Source of the DNA: the human T2T-CHM13v2.0 reference genome, Homo sapiens
Strand: one strand, 5' to 3'
NCBI RefSeq assembly: GCF_009914755.1
Contig: NC_060936.1
DNA length: 64,000 nucleotides
Under the pieces are notes generated by a model. That model ran no database searches. It was given only the letters and a program-made list of their open reading frames with translations, and had not been told where the DNA came from. The translations under genes and the position numbers were made by a program. Positions 1-19,557 of the stretch are shown in pieces; the first letter of the stretch is position 1, and each line of letters opens with the position of its first letter.

Positions 1-456
1 CAAAAAAAAAATCTCATAATGTTTTAAGAAAGTTTATGAATTTGTATCAGATTGTAAGCCTCTTGAGAACAATCTTGGGCTTTATTTATGTTTCCCAGCA
101 CATAAGTAAACATTTCCCAACAAAATGCATAAATGGTAGGGGATAAAGTAAATTGGGAATCAACTCTTTAGTGATAATTAAATGCAAGGAAAGTAGATTA
201 TATATTCAGCGTTTACCAAGCTTGGTAAATAAAGCACAAGATTGTTCTCAAGAGGCATACAATCTGATTTGGCATGTAATAATTTGCACATAAAGCAATG
301 AGAAACTACTATAAGGCAATAAAACATGCTAGAGACCGGGAGACCCAGAAAAAGAAAAAAAAAGCTGGATGGCGACTATGATAAGGTTTGGATATGCTAA
401 AAAGGGGCAAGAAAGACATTCTCCAAAGGAATACATGAAAGTTTAAAATTAATAAG

Positions 457-706
457 GGGCTGGGCGTGATGGCTCACACCTGTAATCCTAGCACTTTGGG
501 AGACAGAAGAGGGAGGATCGCTTAAGCTCAGGAGTTGGAGACCAGCCTGGGTGACATACTGAGACCTCGTCTCTACTAAAGATAACAAAAATTAGCCAGG
601 CATGGTGGCACAAACCTATAGTTCCAGCTACTCAGGAGGCTGAAGTGGGAGGCTCACTCAAGCCCCGAGGCTACAGTAAACTATGATCATGCCATTACAC
701 TCCAGA
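457..706 (+). mobile_element. AluJ-type element, 3'-truncated
   Basis: Alu consensus from ggctgggcgtg; ends abruptly at cactccag with a fold-back hairpin. Confidence 0.9.
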
Positions 707-1148
707 AGGAGTGTAATATCTTTTCTGTTTGCTAAAATTATACTGCTTTGGATTCACCCATTTATTTCTATCATGTTTTCTAAGAAGGAGAAAAGGCTAC
801 AAGATATTGAGATGTTCACCTGTCAATGAAAAGGAGCTATAATTTGGCCCAGAAAGAAAGTCTATTGATCCAAGGAGCAGCTTAGACACAGAGCTGTTTT
901 CAGTATTACCCAGGTCTCATGCTATCCACCACCAGCAGTCCTCACTGAACTTCCCCCCAAGCTGAATAATTCTAAACTTTAGAAAATGCTAACAATTTTT
1001 AAAGTGTCAAGAAATTATGGTAAAATGAACACTTACATTTGGTACATGATATGAACATATACAAACAAAATATTTTACTACAGAACCATAAATTGATGGA
1101 ATGATCAAATAAGATTATAGAATCATGGCTATAGAAATAGAAATACAA

Positions 1149-1509
<361 letters not shown>

Positions 1510-2257
1510 CTAGAGAAAAACATGGCCATTAAATCAAGTACTTGTGATAACAGTCAAATGATATCAAGTTCTAAAGTCAGAGAGAAATAGTTAAATCAAT
1601 AACTGAAAATTTACAGATTTTATTGGATAAATGGTGAAGTATTTAGTTGTGAAAATATAAACTTTTCTCCAGAGTTAAAATGCCTGAGTACTGACCCTCC
1701 TTTGTTTGTAATTGACAATATCCCTAAGATATTTTCTTAAAGAAAATTATCAGTATCAACATTTTAACTCTGGAGAAAAATATATATATAATGATAATTT
1801 TCTTTAAGAAAACATCCTACGGTTTTTGTCAATTACAAACAAAGAAGGGTTAGCATTCAGGTTCTTTGCCTTAAGGAAACAGAACTCTGAATGTAGAGCT
1901 CTTTATGACTCCAATAAAGGGCATATATTTTTCTGTATCTCCTAGAAAGAGGTGTGGAAGTTTTTGGTGGTTGAAGAATTAGAATCCAAGTTAGATTCTG
2001 TTCTCTTAAAACAGGATCCATTTTCCGCATGTAATTTCACAATGGGTGCTATGACCAGCTAAGCCTATAAATGATCACTGCACCAAATCAGGACTCTAAT
2101 ATACTACTGTTTTACTTTATATGCCTAGTACATATAGCAAAGTTGCATAACAGAAGAAAAACAAACCCTGGTTTTACCATTCTCATGGCGTTAACATAAT
2201 CTCCAGTGAGTAAAATGATACTTCTTAAAAATTGGCCCAATTTATCTATTGTAACTA

Positions 2258-2921
<664 letters not shown>

Positions 2922-2990
2922 GAAGAAGAAGAAGAAGAAGAAGAAGAAGAAGAAGAAGAAGAAGAAGAAGAAGAAGAAGAAGAAGAAGAA
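2922..2990 (+). repeat. Pure (GAA)23 trinucleotide repeat at an Alu tail
   Basis: 69 nt of uninterrupted GAA after the poly-A tract. Confidence 0.97.
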
Positions 2991-3020
2991 CCCTCTTTGT
3001 CATTCAACACCTGTTTTTGA

Positions 3021-3338
<318 letters not shown>

Positions 3339-4058
3339 AAGAAGTCTTTTTAATAAGGAAAGACTCTAGAACAAAGAATATAAAGGAGTTTCAAGCTTAT
3401 TTGATTTGGAGGGAAAGACTCTGCAGTTCAAGCTTATTTGATTTAGAGTATCTTTACATAATGTAGTGAAATTTCATTAATTTGTATTCATACAATGAAC
3501 TAATTTCACCTAGTTTGGGCTATTCTGTAATATTTATGATGCAAGAAAGTCAGTAACAAAATTATAAACTAGTTCTTTCCGGTTAGAAGGTGTAAAATGA
3601 AAACAGTTGGACAATTATTCAGGCACTAGAAAACATTATGTGGAGCAACTCCTAGGATTTGGTTTGCTCCCCACGGAAAAACAAGCTTCCAAATAAATAT
3701 TTCAGCAAACAAATCTATTACTTTTTTCTTTTCTTAATTATTCTTAGAAAAAATGTACATATAAACACTTTGACTGTTATCCATAAGTCAAATATTTCCA
3801 AAGTAGACACTGCCCACGTTTGGTTAATTACCTGAATTTACAGGGTTGGTTTCCATTCCATTCATTTGCGTAGTCACGTTGTTTAGTTCACATGATACGT
3901 GCCAGCCTCAGCTGAAATTCTAGTTATTGGCAGAGTTTAAGAAAGCTTGGGAAAGGAACCTGGGCAAGTGCTTTTATCCATTCTGGTCAAGGGGTCCTGA
4001 TCTGGAGTCCATGCATGAGCTTTTAGGAGGTCTGCAAATCTGCAAAACCTGCATGTAA

Positions 4059-4371
<313 letters not shown>

Positions 4372-5149
4372 GATTTTTATATGTTTAGATGAAAATTTCC
4401 AGAGAGTTCACGATTTTCATGATTATCAAAGGTCACTCTCCTTCTAAAAAGGTTCAATTATTGATTTAAGGAGTTCTTATTTGTCAGTCCTTATTGGAGA
4501 TCCAATGCTCCAATGAACTGAGATACAATTTTGGGTTGAAAGATCTGAAATGGTATCTTCTCTCCACTGACCACAAGCCGGGCTTTGAAATTAGAGTCGT
4601 AACCTTTCCCTTGCAAATCCCTGGAAGGTGTGCTTTCAACAGCTCGCTGCCGTTTGAAGGAAAAACTGTTCCAAATGTAATTATATACATATTGGGGATA
4701 TTAAACATTTCTTCTGCGAAAGTTTCTTGTATCCTTTGTTTATTTGGTTAACAATACTTTTGCAACCCTATTATAAGCAGTATGTGCCAAGGATAAAAGG
4801 ATAAACCCAAATACACGTGTCCTTTGTCTTTCTGGATGGATATATAGCAGAGAACATTTTCATTTTTCATAATTCTCTGTATCTACTGGAGAAAGAAAAT
4901 GATAAAACATACCCAAGTTTATCTAATTTCAACCAGAAACTCTCAAATGAAATGCATGAAGTAAAGTGACATCTAGTGTTGGTTAAGTGGCAGTGAAATA
5001 TGTGTCAGGACAAGGCATACTTTAACTTTCTTTGAACAGACTGTTAAACTTGGCTTTGTTAAGTTGCCAACTCCGGAAAGCATAGTTTTGCTTTTAAAAA
5101 TATTTTAGAGTAATTCTGAAATAATCTGAATTTAAATGCTAATAACATT

Positions 5150-6475
<1,326 letters not shown>

Positions 6476-6478
6476 TCA

Positions 6479-7152
<674 letters not shown>

Positions 7153-7383
7153 TTAAAATCTTTATTAAGCTTTTCTCCTTTATTTTCTCTTAAAATGTTT
7201 AAAGTTTTTTTTTCCTTATTTAGGTTTCTAAATTATAAACTTTTCTGTATTGTGTGAGGTAGAAAATTCGATTCCTTTTGTATCATGGATAATGACTGTC
7301 CTAGCATTATTTATTGAAGAAACCATCCTTTCCTCATTGTTCATTTTAGCTCATCACCAAAGTCACTTATGAAATTAATTTGG

Positions 7384-7726
<343 letters not shown>

Positions 7727-7934
7727 TTAAGTCAGGTGTGTATACTGACTTCCACCTATGGGTTCATCCCTACTCACATGCTGAGCCTGTTTTGCTATCT
7801 GTTGTCTGAGAAATATTGGTCAGCATCAGGACCATTATTCCTAGTGTTTCCATACTCCATTCCTGCGTTCTGGCCATTTGTTTTTTCTTGGGGTCCAATC
7901 CTTGTTGTTTGTGCTCCTATTCTAGGTTCTGAGC

Positions 7935-8057
7935 TAGGATGGCCAACCATCCTGGTTTTCCCAGGACCAAACTACCTGGTTTCCCCAAATGCAAGACTTT
8001 ATGTGCTAAAACTGTGACCATCCCTGGCAAACTTGGCCTGGATGGTTGGTCACTTTA
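7935..8057. mobile_element. hAT-type MITE (MER94-like)
   Basis: Terminal inverted repeats ggatggccaaccatcc...ggatggttggtcac. Confidence 0.55.
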
Positions 8058-8467
8058 GATGTATCCTGTGGTTTTTGCTTCCTCTTGTGTTGACCTCTTG
8101 ACTGTCTAGTTTGGTGTTTTCTCTGTGCTCACAAATCATATTTACCTTGAACTTGTATTCGTTGAGTGCCTATGATGTCAGAGGCTGTATGAAGCATTTT
8201 CATATGTGGTATCTCATTCAACCGTTAGACAGCTCTGCATGATTTCCTTTTACAGATGAGGAGGATTTTATGTAGTTAGCCAGGATCACAAAATTAGTGA
8301 CACAAAAGAATGAAACCCAAGCCTCCTGACTACACATTTTTTATTTCCACCAAACTTGTCATCTTTCCGGCCCGAGTTGCATACTTGGGGCCTCCACTCT
8401 GTACTAACTGAACTTCAGGGTGAACTCCATTATGCCTTGCCTAGCCTCTTGCTGTCCTTCATACATC

Positions 8468-8780
8468 TTTTTTTTTTTTTTTTTTTGAGACAAGGTCTGG
8501 TTCTATCTATCGCCCAGGCTGGAGTGCAATGGCACAATCTCAACTCACTGCAACCTCTGTCCCTCTCTATCCACCAGGCTCAAACTATCCTCCCACCTCA
8601 ACCACCCAAGTTGCTGGAACTACAGGCACAAGCCACAATGCCCAGCTAATTTTTGTATTTTTTGTAGAGATGGGGTTTGCCATATTGCCCAGGCTGGTCT
8701 CAAACTCCTAGGCTCAAGTGATCCACCCCTCAGCCTCCCAAAGTGCTGAGATTTATAGGCGTGAGCCACCACACCCAGCC
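8468..8780 (-). mobile_element. AluJ-type
   Basis: Reverse Alu, TSD tccttcatacatcttt / tccttcacacatcttt. Confidence 0.9.
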
Positions 8781-9982
8781 TATCCTTCACACATCTTTAA
8801 CCTAATATGATAGTACTTGAAGTCAACATCTTCTATTGCAAAGCACAAATGACAAGCCCATTTGTTATGCAATGGTATAAATATCTCAAATGTTTCATTA
8901 GGATAAGCACTAAGAAGAAAGATAAACGTGAATATAATAGCATGGCACATCACACTGCCACATCAGATTGCATCCCTCCAGTTAATATGTCATGGCATAG
9001 GATGCGGAATCTTTGCATTTTAATGTATTCATTTCATCAATATTTCCTTTTTGGTAGTTTATTTAAGAAATCCTTCATTAAGTTATTCTCCTTCAATTTC
9101 TCCAAATACCTAATTTAATTAATTTGTAGATTATGAATACAAAATATTATTTGTAGAATATTAGTTTCCCAAATATTAACAGAAATTAGGTGTGTATGTG
9201 GGATGGGAGGTGGGCCAATTAGTTTGGGAAACAAATATCTTATTATAGAACTTCTCAGTCTCTGTTTTGCTAATTTGCAGTGTGACTTTCCTACAGAGAG
9301 ATAGAGTGTGTGGCATTTTTCAAATGCTATGAATTTTCCAAATGACCATGACACCTTTTTCTTTTGTTGCATTGGTTTTGTTTCATAATTTCCCATGTGC
9401 CTTGGAATATCCACTGGGAAATGGTGTTTTCATCTCTAACAGCACAATACCCTCCAGAGGGCAGCAGATTCCCTTGGCATATAGCCAATCATCTATTCAT
9501 TGAACAGATTGATGAGGGACCTGGAGCATGTTATATTATTATTCCAGTCAGGGATGTAAAATTTCTAGTTTCTGTAATAGAGAGAGGCATTAAAATTTAG
9601 CTCAAGGCTAATAATAAAATAAATTATTGGCACTGAGATATAATACAAAAAAAAATCCAATCATATCTCTGATGGATTACAATGGCATGCATTGTATTGT
9701 AAAGTCCAGATCATGTCTCTATTTATCCTCTTAGTCTCAATCAAACAACAAATATTAGTTGAGTGTTCCATAAGGAATAAAATGAAATATTACCATTAGT
9801 TCATTTCTCAAGGAACTAAGAGATCAGAGAGACAGTTAGATAAGGCAACACATTAGTTCATTGGATTTCATTGGCTGCAAATCAGAATCACTGGGGGACA
9901 CTTTTAAACAATAATAATGCTCAAATCTCACCTAAGAACATTACATTTGAATCTTTGTGTTTGGTTCCAGGCATGAGATTTT

Positions 9983-10772
9983 TTTTTAAATTATACTTTT
10001 AAGTTCTAGGGTACATGTATACATGTGCCATGTTGGTGTGCTGCACCCATTAACTCGTCATTTACATTAGGTATTTCTCCTAATGCTATCCCTCTCCCCT
10101 CCCCCACCCCATGACAGGCCCTGGTGTGTGATGTTCCCCACTCTGTGTCCAAGTGTTCTCATTGTTCAATTCCCACCTATGAGTGAGAACATGCGGTGTT
10201 TGGTTTTCTGTCCTTGTGACAGTTTGCTGAGAATGATGGTTTCCAGCTTCATCCATGTCCCTACAAAGGACATGAACTCATCAATTTTTATGGCTGCATA
10301 GTATTCCATGGTGTATATGTGCCACATTTTCTTAATCCAGTCTATCATTGATGGACATTTGGGTTAGATCCAACTCTTTGCTATTGTGAATAGTGCTGCA
10401 ATGAACATACGTGTGCATGTGTCTTTATAGCAGCATGATTTATAATCCTTTGGATATATACCCAGTAATTGGATGGCTGGGTCAAATGGTATTTCTAGTT
10501 CTAGATCTTTGAGGAATCACCACACTGTCTTCCACAATGGTCAGACTAGTTTACACTCCCACCAACAGTGTAAAAGTGTTCCTATTTCTTCACATCCTCT
10601 CCAGCACCTGTTGTTTCCTGACTTTTTAATGATCGCCATTCTAACTGGTGTGAGATGGTATCTCATTGTGGTTTTGATTTGCATTTCTCTGATGGCCAGT
10701 GATGATGAGCATTTTTTCATGTGTCTGTTGGCTGCATAAATGTCTTCTTTTGAGAAGTGTCTGTTCATATCC
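9983..10772 (-). mobile_element. 5'-truncated primate L1PA 3' end (end of ORF2 + 3'UTR), inserted in a MER5-like fossil (about 9870-10842)
   Basis: Minus ORFs match the L1 ORF2 C-terminus ([24 protein letters not shown]..., WIKKMWHIYTMEYYAAIK); 18-bp TSD ttccaggcatgagatttt at 9965-9982 and 10773-10790. Confidence 0.95.
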
Positions 10773-12957
10773 TTCCAGGCATGAGATTTTAAAAACATGT
10801 TTTCAGGTGATTCTAACGAGTGGCCAGGGTTGAGACTATTGCATTAAGAGGATAAAAAAGTATTTTTGGAAAGAGGTTTCTGACCTTTTCAAGCAGGTGG
10901 AGGAATTTAGAATCCTTTTCCCAGGGAGAATGTTTCAAATGTAGAAGAGTACAAAAAAGACAATGGTCATTCTTACATCCTCTGTTCAAAGTTAACCTTT
11001 GTTAGCATCTTTATTCTTTCTTAGCTGTCAGAATTGCAAACAACAAAATCATACAAAACCCACATCTTATAGTTCCTAAAGTTAACCTTAAAAAACATTT
11101 CCTAGGAGAGCAAAAGACATCATTTTTTTCATCTCCAAAAATGCATTATAACTCACCCTAGTTAACAAATAGTCTGGCATATTCCAAATAGATCCACTGG
11201 GCCATAGACCTCATCTAACAAAGATGAATTCTGTTCATTTGCTCTGTGAATAGAGCTAAGAGGCTTATTTGTGCAAAGACTAACTGATGAGGTGGAAGAG
11301 AGAGCAAGACAGCAAGAAAATATTAGTGAATATATATCTTCCAATTGCAAAGAGATATGGAGCAAGAACCTGCCTAGATGGAAGGAATGAGAACTATAGG
11401 CTATAGTTATGGATGGGAGGTTTTCTTTACGCAAAATTAACTAGCTTATAGTGGGAAGTGAGTGGATGGAAACGTGTCTCATTAACATCATGTTCGAACT
11501 TACCATAAGCTCAGTGAGGGTCAATAACCTGATAGGATGGCTGTTTTTAGGGCATCATAGGACTGAAGAAGACTTCCTGACAACCGTTAAAAATCTTTGA
11601 ACTAGAAGACAAACTTGAAAAAAAAATACAAGCAGAAATATGTCCTCTGACAGCTGATAGGTATTTTAAGCAATGGATCCGATCCATATTTTGCAAAAGG
11701 CTCTAGAAATTAAACTAAAAATGCTTCACTAGGTCTAATGAAGTATATCTTGAATGATCCAGAGGAAGATATTATTTTCATCCCCATTTAATAGATGAAG
11801 TATCTAAAATCAGAGAAACTGACTGATTTTCTCTAGACTACAAGCTAATAAGTAGACAACTGGGACTTGAAACCAGGCACACTGATTGTCTCCATAGTCT
11901 GTGTGCTTAACCACTGCATGGTACTGCCTCATAACTTACAGAAAAAAATTCGCATTGCATTACAGAAAACCTATATATTCACACATTACATTTATTACCC
12001 ATTCTAAGGGACACACTATAATGTCTCTAAATTTGGGATACTACTAGTAATCAATGGCGTCTATAATTTTAGTTGATACATATATTAATACATACCTGAT
12101 ATCTATAATTATAATCAACAAACAATTGGTATATAGAACAATGGTGCATCTTTGAAATAGAGTAAAATAAATCTCATAGGCACTTGTACTTGTTCTTTCT
12201 CTAAGGGAAATGTTTGTGAATTCAGAAATCCTTTTCTTTTCTAGGAAAAGTGATGAATTAATTACAAATTTCTGCAAATGGAAGTTCATTCATTTATTTG
12301 GCCACCAAATATTTTTTGAGTTTGGAGATCAAAGCAGTAGAGTCTCAACTCTGAAGTCAGACAGACCTGGGTGGAATCCTGGCCATACCATTTTCAAGCT
12401 ATGTAACCTCGAAGAAATTCTGTAATCTCTCTAAACCTCAATAAAATGAAAATGTTCACAGTGTCCTATAGGTTTATTGTGAGGATTTAATGCAATAACT
12501 CATTTAAGGGATAATACCTGTTCGGCATATTAAAAATGCCATCTATTAGTATCATTATTTAAAAACCTGTTAAACATCCCCATTTTGTTACAGTGTTCTA
12601 AGGTTTGTTAACAACCTTAGGACAATGAAATAAGGATAAAATTTTGCCCTCATAAAGCTTATATCCTCATAGGAAAAGACACAATTATTATTGTGTTCAT
12701 ATGGTGATCACCAGGCAAGTCACTTAAGAGTTTGAAGATAAATAAGATGCCTTATCTAATGGTTAAAATCTTACTAAAGAAAATCTCTTTGAAAGTAGCT
12801 TATATTTTTACAAGATAAAGCATTTCTATATATGGTCTAGTAAAAGATTTAAAGTAGGCAATCCAGAAAGATTTGTTGAATCAAATTGCACTGCATGTCT
12901 TCCTTTCTAATTTGCTATGAGTTAGGAACCACAAGCAGCCTTTTCCTAACAGTGTTA

Positions 12958-13290
<333 letters not shown>

Positions 13291-14411
13291 TTTTCCTTTA
13301 ACAATCCTACTACAGAATCACAGGAAATTTTAAAATATCAAATATATAGCATCTACCTTCCAATTACACATTCAGATGTTTTCACTCATTGCCATATGTG
13401 TTATCATCACATATTAACTGTTATCTTTTATCACTATAATAATTGTCTTTTATTACCAACTATATGCTGAGATGCCAAAAAATAAAACTTACCATGTAAG
13501 GTGGATTAAACCCCAACGATCAATTCACAGTGACAATTTACCTTACGCTAACAACCCTTTATGTAAGATGAGAACAAGAGACAGTGAAGTGGTTTAATGG
13601 CTCAGTTTCTGCAGATCAGTGAGAACTGGAAGAGTCATGCTGGTTGACTCTCACCCTATTGGCTAAACAGTGGCTGGGCCAGGGCAGGTTTTCTGGTCCT
13701 AATATAAGGCCATGATCCACCTATGAAATGCTCCTGGCTTCAGTTTCCTTATTTGAAAATTAAGCATGAAGTATCATTTCATGAACACATAAATAATATA
13801 GACTGGTTTCTGAATATTTGGAAAATACAGACAAACATAAAAGTAAAAGTAATGTATAATCTTATCACCCACAGACAACTATTATTAATATTTTGACATA
13901 TTTCTCTTTAGAAAGAGGAAAAGAGAAAGGCAGGAAAATACACATATATACAAATTAGGAATGGGCTATAACCAGATGTACAGATGAAATCAGCAAGTAG
14001 AATACTTATTATTACTTTAAAAAATAAATTACAACAAGATATGAATGATTTTGAGGGAAATATAAATTACCATAACTGGATCAAGAATAAACAGCAGGAA
14101 ACCTGAATATATCTATAATTATGAAAAAAAAACCCTGAAATCGTTTGCAGAAATTTTCTTCCATGAGGTAGGTATCATTGCAATTCCCCTTTTACAGAAT
14201 GGGGAAACTTGAAAGGCTACATATCAAGTCACTGGCAGAGGCAGGACTTATCAGTCATTTCATGATCATAATCACCATTCTCTCTAAGTAGATCTGGCCT
14301 CCAACAAGAATAAGCTCATACGACAATAGGGAAGTCATTTAACAATCAGTAACCCAGGACTACTACTACTCTGTGCTAGGTGCTCTTCTGGGTACAAAAA
14401 ATGCAATGGTG

Positions 14412-15125
<714 letters not shown>

Positions 15126-16848
15126 TCAAGGAGCTTCTAGTTGAGTCAAGACAAGACAAATAATTCTACAAACTATACAGCAACATGTGAATGGTTACAA
15201 CAGGTAGAAACAAGTGTTGTCAGAACTCAGAGGAAGAAGTTATGCCATGGGTGACAGAGAAGAGTTCGTATTGAAGGTAGGATTTGGGCCAGCTCTCGAA
15301 GGGCAGGTGGGGAAGGGAGAGAAAGGTATTCCATGCAGAGGAAGCAGCATGTGTGAAAGCCACATGCCATAGATAATCTATACGTTCGTTGACTTCTTCA
15401 CTACTTCTCTCTTTAAAAACAGTGCAAAGGGACATTATGCTGCATTTGACCAAAGGCAGTCATTCTTGGCAGCATCCTTTCGTTCTTCCATCACGACAAA
15501 ACTGCTGTTAGGTCACATTAAAATAGTAGCAATCTTTGGCAGAAACCTACTGTATGCTTCCTTAATGAGTTGTCAGAGGTTCTGTAGTGCCATTTGTCTT
15601 CTAAGCTAGTTTTTTATGAAGGCTGTCAGTAAAGGGTAAAGATGGGGATATGCAATATATTCACCAGTCAGCAGGGGGTTGAGAATCTGTTCATTCAGAA
15701 TCAGCAGGGGACTGTGGGAAAATGTCTATTCTTTAAGCATGCCTCTGAAGGACTACAATTCAAAAGAGGGGGTGAGGTTTGTAAGAGGCTAAGAAAGTCT
15801 TCCTCTAATGTAAACTTCCAGGAGTCTCTGCAGGCCCTCTCCTTACAGACAGGGAATGAAATAAAGCCTAGCAGACTTTCTACCATCAGAATGATCTTAA
15901 TTTTGACAACTCAACAAAACTTAATTCAGAGATCAACAGATGAATCTGATACTATCCAGAAGGTCATGTGTATGGGTAATTAAGTTGACAGTCACAGATA
16001 TCAAAATAATTCCCACTCAGGCTGCAACTTACGAATTTCACTGTCTTACTGAGGCTATGAACTATATGTAGCATTAAGAATTGAGGTGTTTGTTTTGTTT
16101 TGTTGTTTGTTTCTTCCTGAAGTTCTTACAGTTTGGGTTAGAAGAGCTAAGGAGTAAAGTTTGGAAGCAGACAGATCCTGGCTCTGTGACTTATTCTTTG
16201 TGAAACCTTGAGCAAGTTACTTAGGAATTCTAGCTAATAATACCTGTTTTACGGAGTGGCTGTAAGGATTAAATGAGATAATGAATGTAAAGCATTGGCA
16301 CAGAAGTGCTCAATAAATGGCAATCATCATGATGAATATTACTTTTCTGTATATCCAAGAGCAGTCTAGACTTTCTCCAGAACAGAATATGTACCTATAG
16401 GGAGATGAAAACTTTTATTAAACATAAATAATTATGGATAAATGAATAATAAGTAAAATATTTTATACCAGCATATTTTATCTTCTGTACTATCCATAAT
16501 AATCTAGCCTGCTTTCTATAATCAGGTCATCAGGCAGAAAGCGGAACCAGTTTTTGTTCATCTTCTTAATCTATCACACTTCTACTTGCTCTACTCTACT
16601 TTGAAATCAAGGTATAAGTATTAGCATGCTTGCAAAACCTCATTTTACAGTGTATGGTTTTAAAATAATTATATTGCACCATCTCACATCCTCAACATAT
16701 GTGGGAAACTGCTGAAAGCTTTACCTACAAAAAGACTTCATTGTTACTTAAACTGAAAAGCTAGCCTGCCCTTTATTTTGACTATTTATATAAACTATTT
16801 GTATAATTGAAAGCATAGTCACGAATCAAAGGATATTCTTTATTTTAA

Positions 16849-17278
<430 letters not shown>

Positions 17279-18292
17279 ATAATACTATCTTAAAGTTGGA
17301 AAGATCCCTAAGATTATCTCTCAATCCCTGAATTTGACTAATGCAAAACTAAGGCCTGGATAGGTCAAGGGACTTATGCAAATATCAATGGAACCAAGTT
17401 TAATATTTTAAAATTTTTGTCTTCTCTATTGCAGCAGCCATACCTAATATATCCTTATAATTGCTAGAAATAAATAATGGAAGTAATTTTGCATGGAATA
17501 AACCTGACTTTTTCTATCTTAATTGGTTGTCACATCTAAGGACAAATATCAGCTATTTGGAACATGGTGAATAACGTTATGAATAACATTAAGTGCCTCA
17601 TTTCTTAAGATAATAATGGATCACATTATTCTATAATGCATGAAAAAATGTTCTCTAGTGCCTTGAAAGCTAAAGTACTACTCAGGATTCTTCATTTTGG
17701 GCATTGGATAGAATTGGATGCGGAATCATATCTGGCTTTGGGAAATCTCATGTTACCTTGCATGCAATTAATATATCTCTCAAATATTTGCCTATATTGT
17801 CTTGTTCACTGTAACTACAGCATATACTGGTACAACAAGATGAAAGAAAATAATAATTCTTAACAGAAGATACTCTTTCTGTATGAGAGTAACACAGAAT
17901 TGCTATTTTTCTGCAAGTCAGTTGATGTCACTCTATAAAACATGCAGTAATTACGATAAACACTAAAATAAACTTCTTAACCTTATACTTCAGCAATTTT
18001 TTAGCCATACACATTCAGTCATGCATGTAAAGCTGTCATTTCCAATCTAGACTATTTCTGATTAGTCTTAGCTCTTCTGCAGCAATGCCAATCAAAGTAA
18101 TTATGTTATCACTGTTCTGGCAATTAAATGCTCTATTTGTTTACTACTGAAAGCACAATTGATCTGGTACATAGTTAAGTTACAAATAGTTCTGTGTCTG
18201 ATATTAATGAATGCCCATAATGCATTTTTCCCAAGTTATTTCTTCAAAGTTAAAATGGCACAACTTACAATAGAAATTCTTCCCCTTGAAAT

Positions 18293-18513
18293 CAATGGTT
18301 CTCAACTGTGGATGACTTCGCCTCCCAGGGGACATTTGGCAATGTCCAGAGACATTTTTGATTTTCAGGATGGGGTGGGGGTGGGAGAAGGTGGAGATGC
18401 TATTGGCGTCTAAGGAGTAGAGGCCAAGGATGCTGCTAAACACCCTACAGTGCACAGGACAGACCCTACCACCACTCCAACAAGAAGAATTATTCAGTCC
18501 AAAATGTCAATAG
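18293..18513. mobile_element. MER20-like hAT MITE, followed by an L1M 3' fragment
   Basis: caatggttctcaac...ggacatttggcaatgtccagagacattttt...gaggccaaggatgctgctaaaca. Confidence 0.8.
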
Positions 18514-19130
18514 TTAAAAAGTTCTGGAGGCAGATGGTGGTGATGGTTGCACAATAATGTCACTAATTAATGTTACTGAACTGTATACTTAAAATGATTA
18601 AAATGGTAAGTTTATATTATGTATATTTTTACCACAATAAAAAAATCAATAGTGCTGAGATTGTGAGCTTTAAACCATTGAGAGTTCTTGTGTAATGAAA
18701 GTATTTCAGTACTGCTAGGGAAACCAAAATGTACTCTGTACCTGGTAAAATGCCATTCATAAAGCAAACAACTTTACTTTTTTCTTGTAAATCACATTTT
18801 GTTTTCCTTGACTGGCTTCCAAATTTCTTTCAGGCACTAGTCAATGATCCTAAACAATAGTTTCCTTCCCTGAATGCATACATAAATGAAAACAAAAACT
18901 ATAATTAGGGTCTTTTTTCTTTGGCTGAAGCTAGTTTGACTTAGGTTTCTGTTATATACAACCAAAACTCTTGACAAGTAGAAGCAGCAGCAAAGAAATG
19001 TGGACAAACAAATTTTGTTTCACAGAAAATAAGAAAACTTAAAACTCACATGGGTTGCAACGGAAAGGAAAGAACAAAACAGTAAGAAGCAATGTGCTCC
19101 TAATAACACTGAAGAGGGCAGGAAAGACAT

Positions 19131-19557
19131 TGTATTAGTCAGGGTTCTCTAAAAGGACAGAACTAATAGGATAGATGTATATTTAAAGGGGAGTTTATTA
19201 AGGAGTATGAACTCACACAATCACAAGGTGAGGTCCCACAATAGGCCGTCTGCAAGCTGAGGAGCAAGGAAGCCAGTCCGAGTCCCAAAGCTGAAGACAA
19301 TGTTTGAGGGCAGGAAGCATCCAGCATGGGAGAAAGATGCAGGCTGGAGGACTAAGCTAGATCTAGTCTTTCCATGTTTCTCTGGCTGCACTGGCTGCTG
19401 ATAGATGGAGCCCACCCAGATTGAGGGTGGGTCTGCCTTTCCCAGTCCAATAACTCAAAAGTTAATCTCCTTTGGCAACACCCTCACAGACACACCCAGG
19501 AACAATAGTCTGCATCCTTCAATCCAATCAAGTTGACACTCGATATTAACCATCACA
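19131..19557. mobile_element. MLT2A-type solo LTR (ERVL)
   Basis: TG...CA ends (tgtattagtcagggttctct...attaaccatcaca); 5-bp TSD GACAT/GATGT. Confidence 0.88.

Noticed and set aside
10083-10798. ORFs resembling the L1 ORF2 C-terminus (also 36755-37357 and 49136-49405)
   Set aside because: Truncated, decayed L1 fragments with no intact ORF2.
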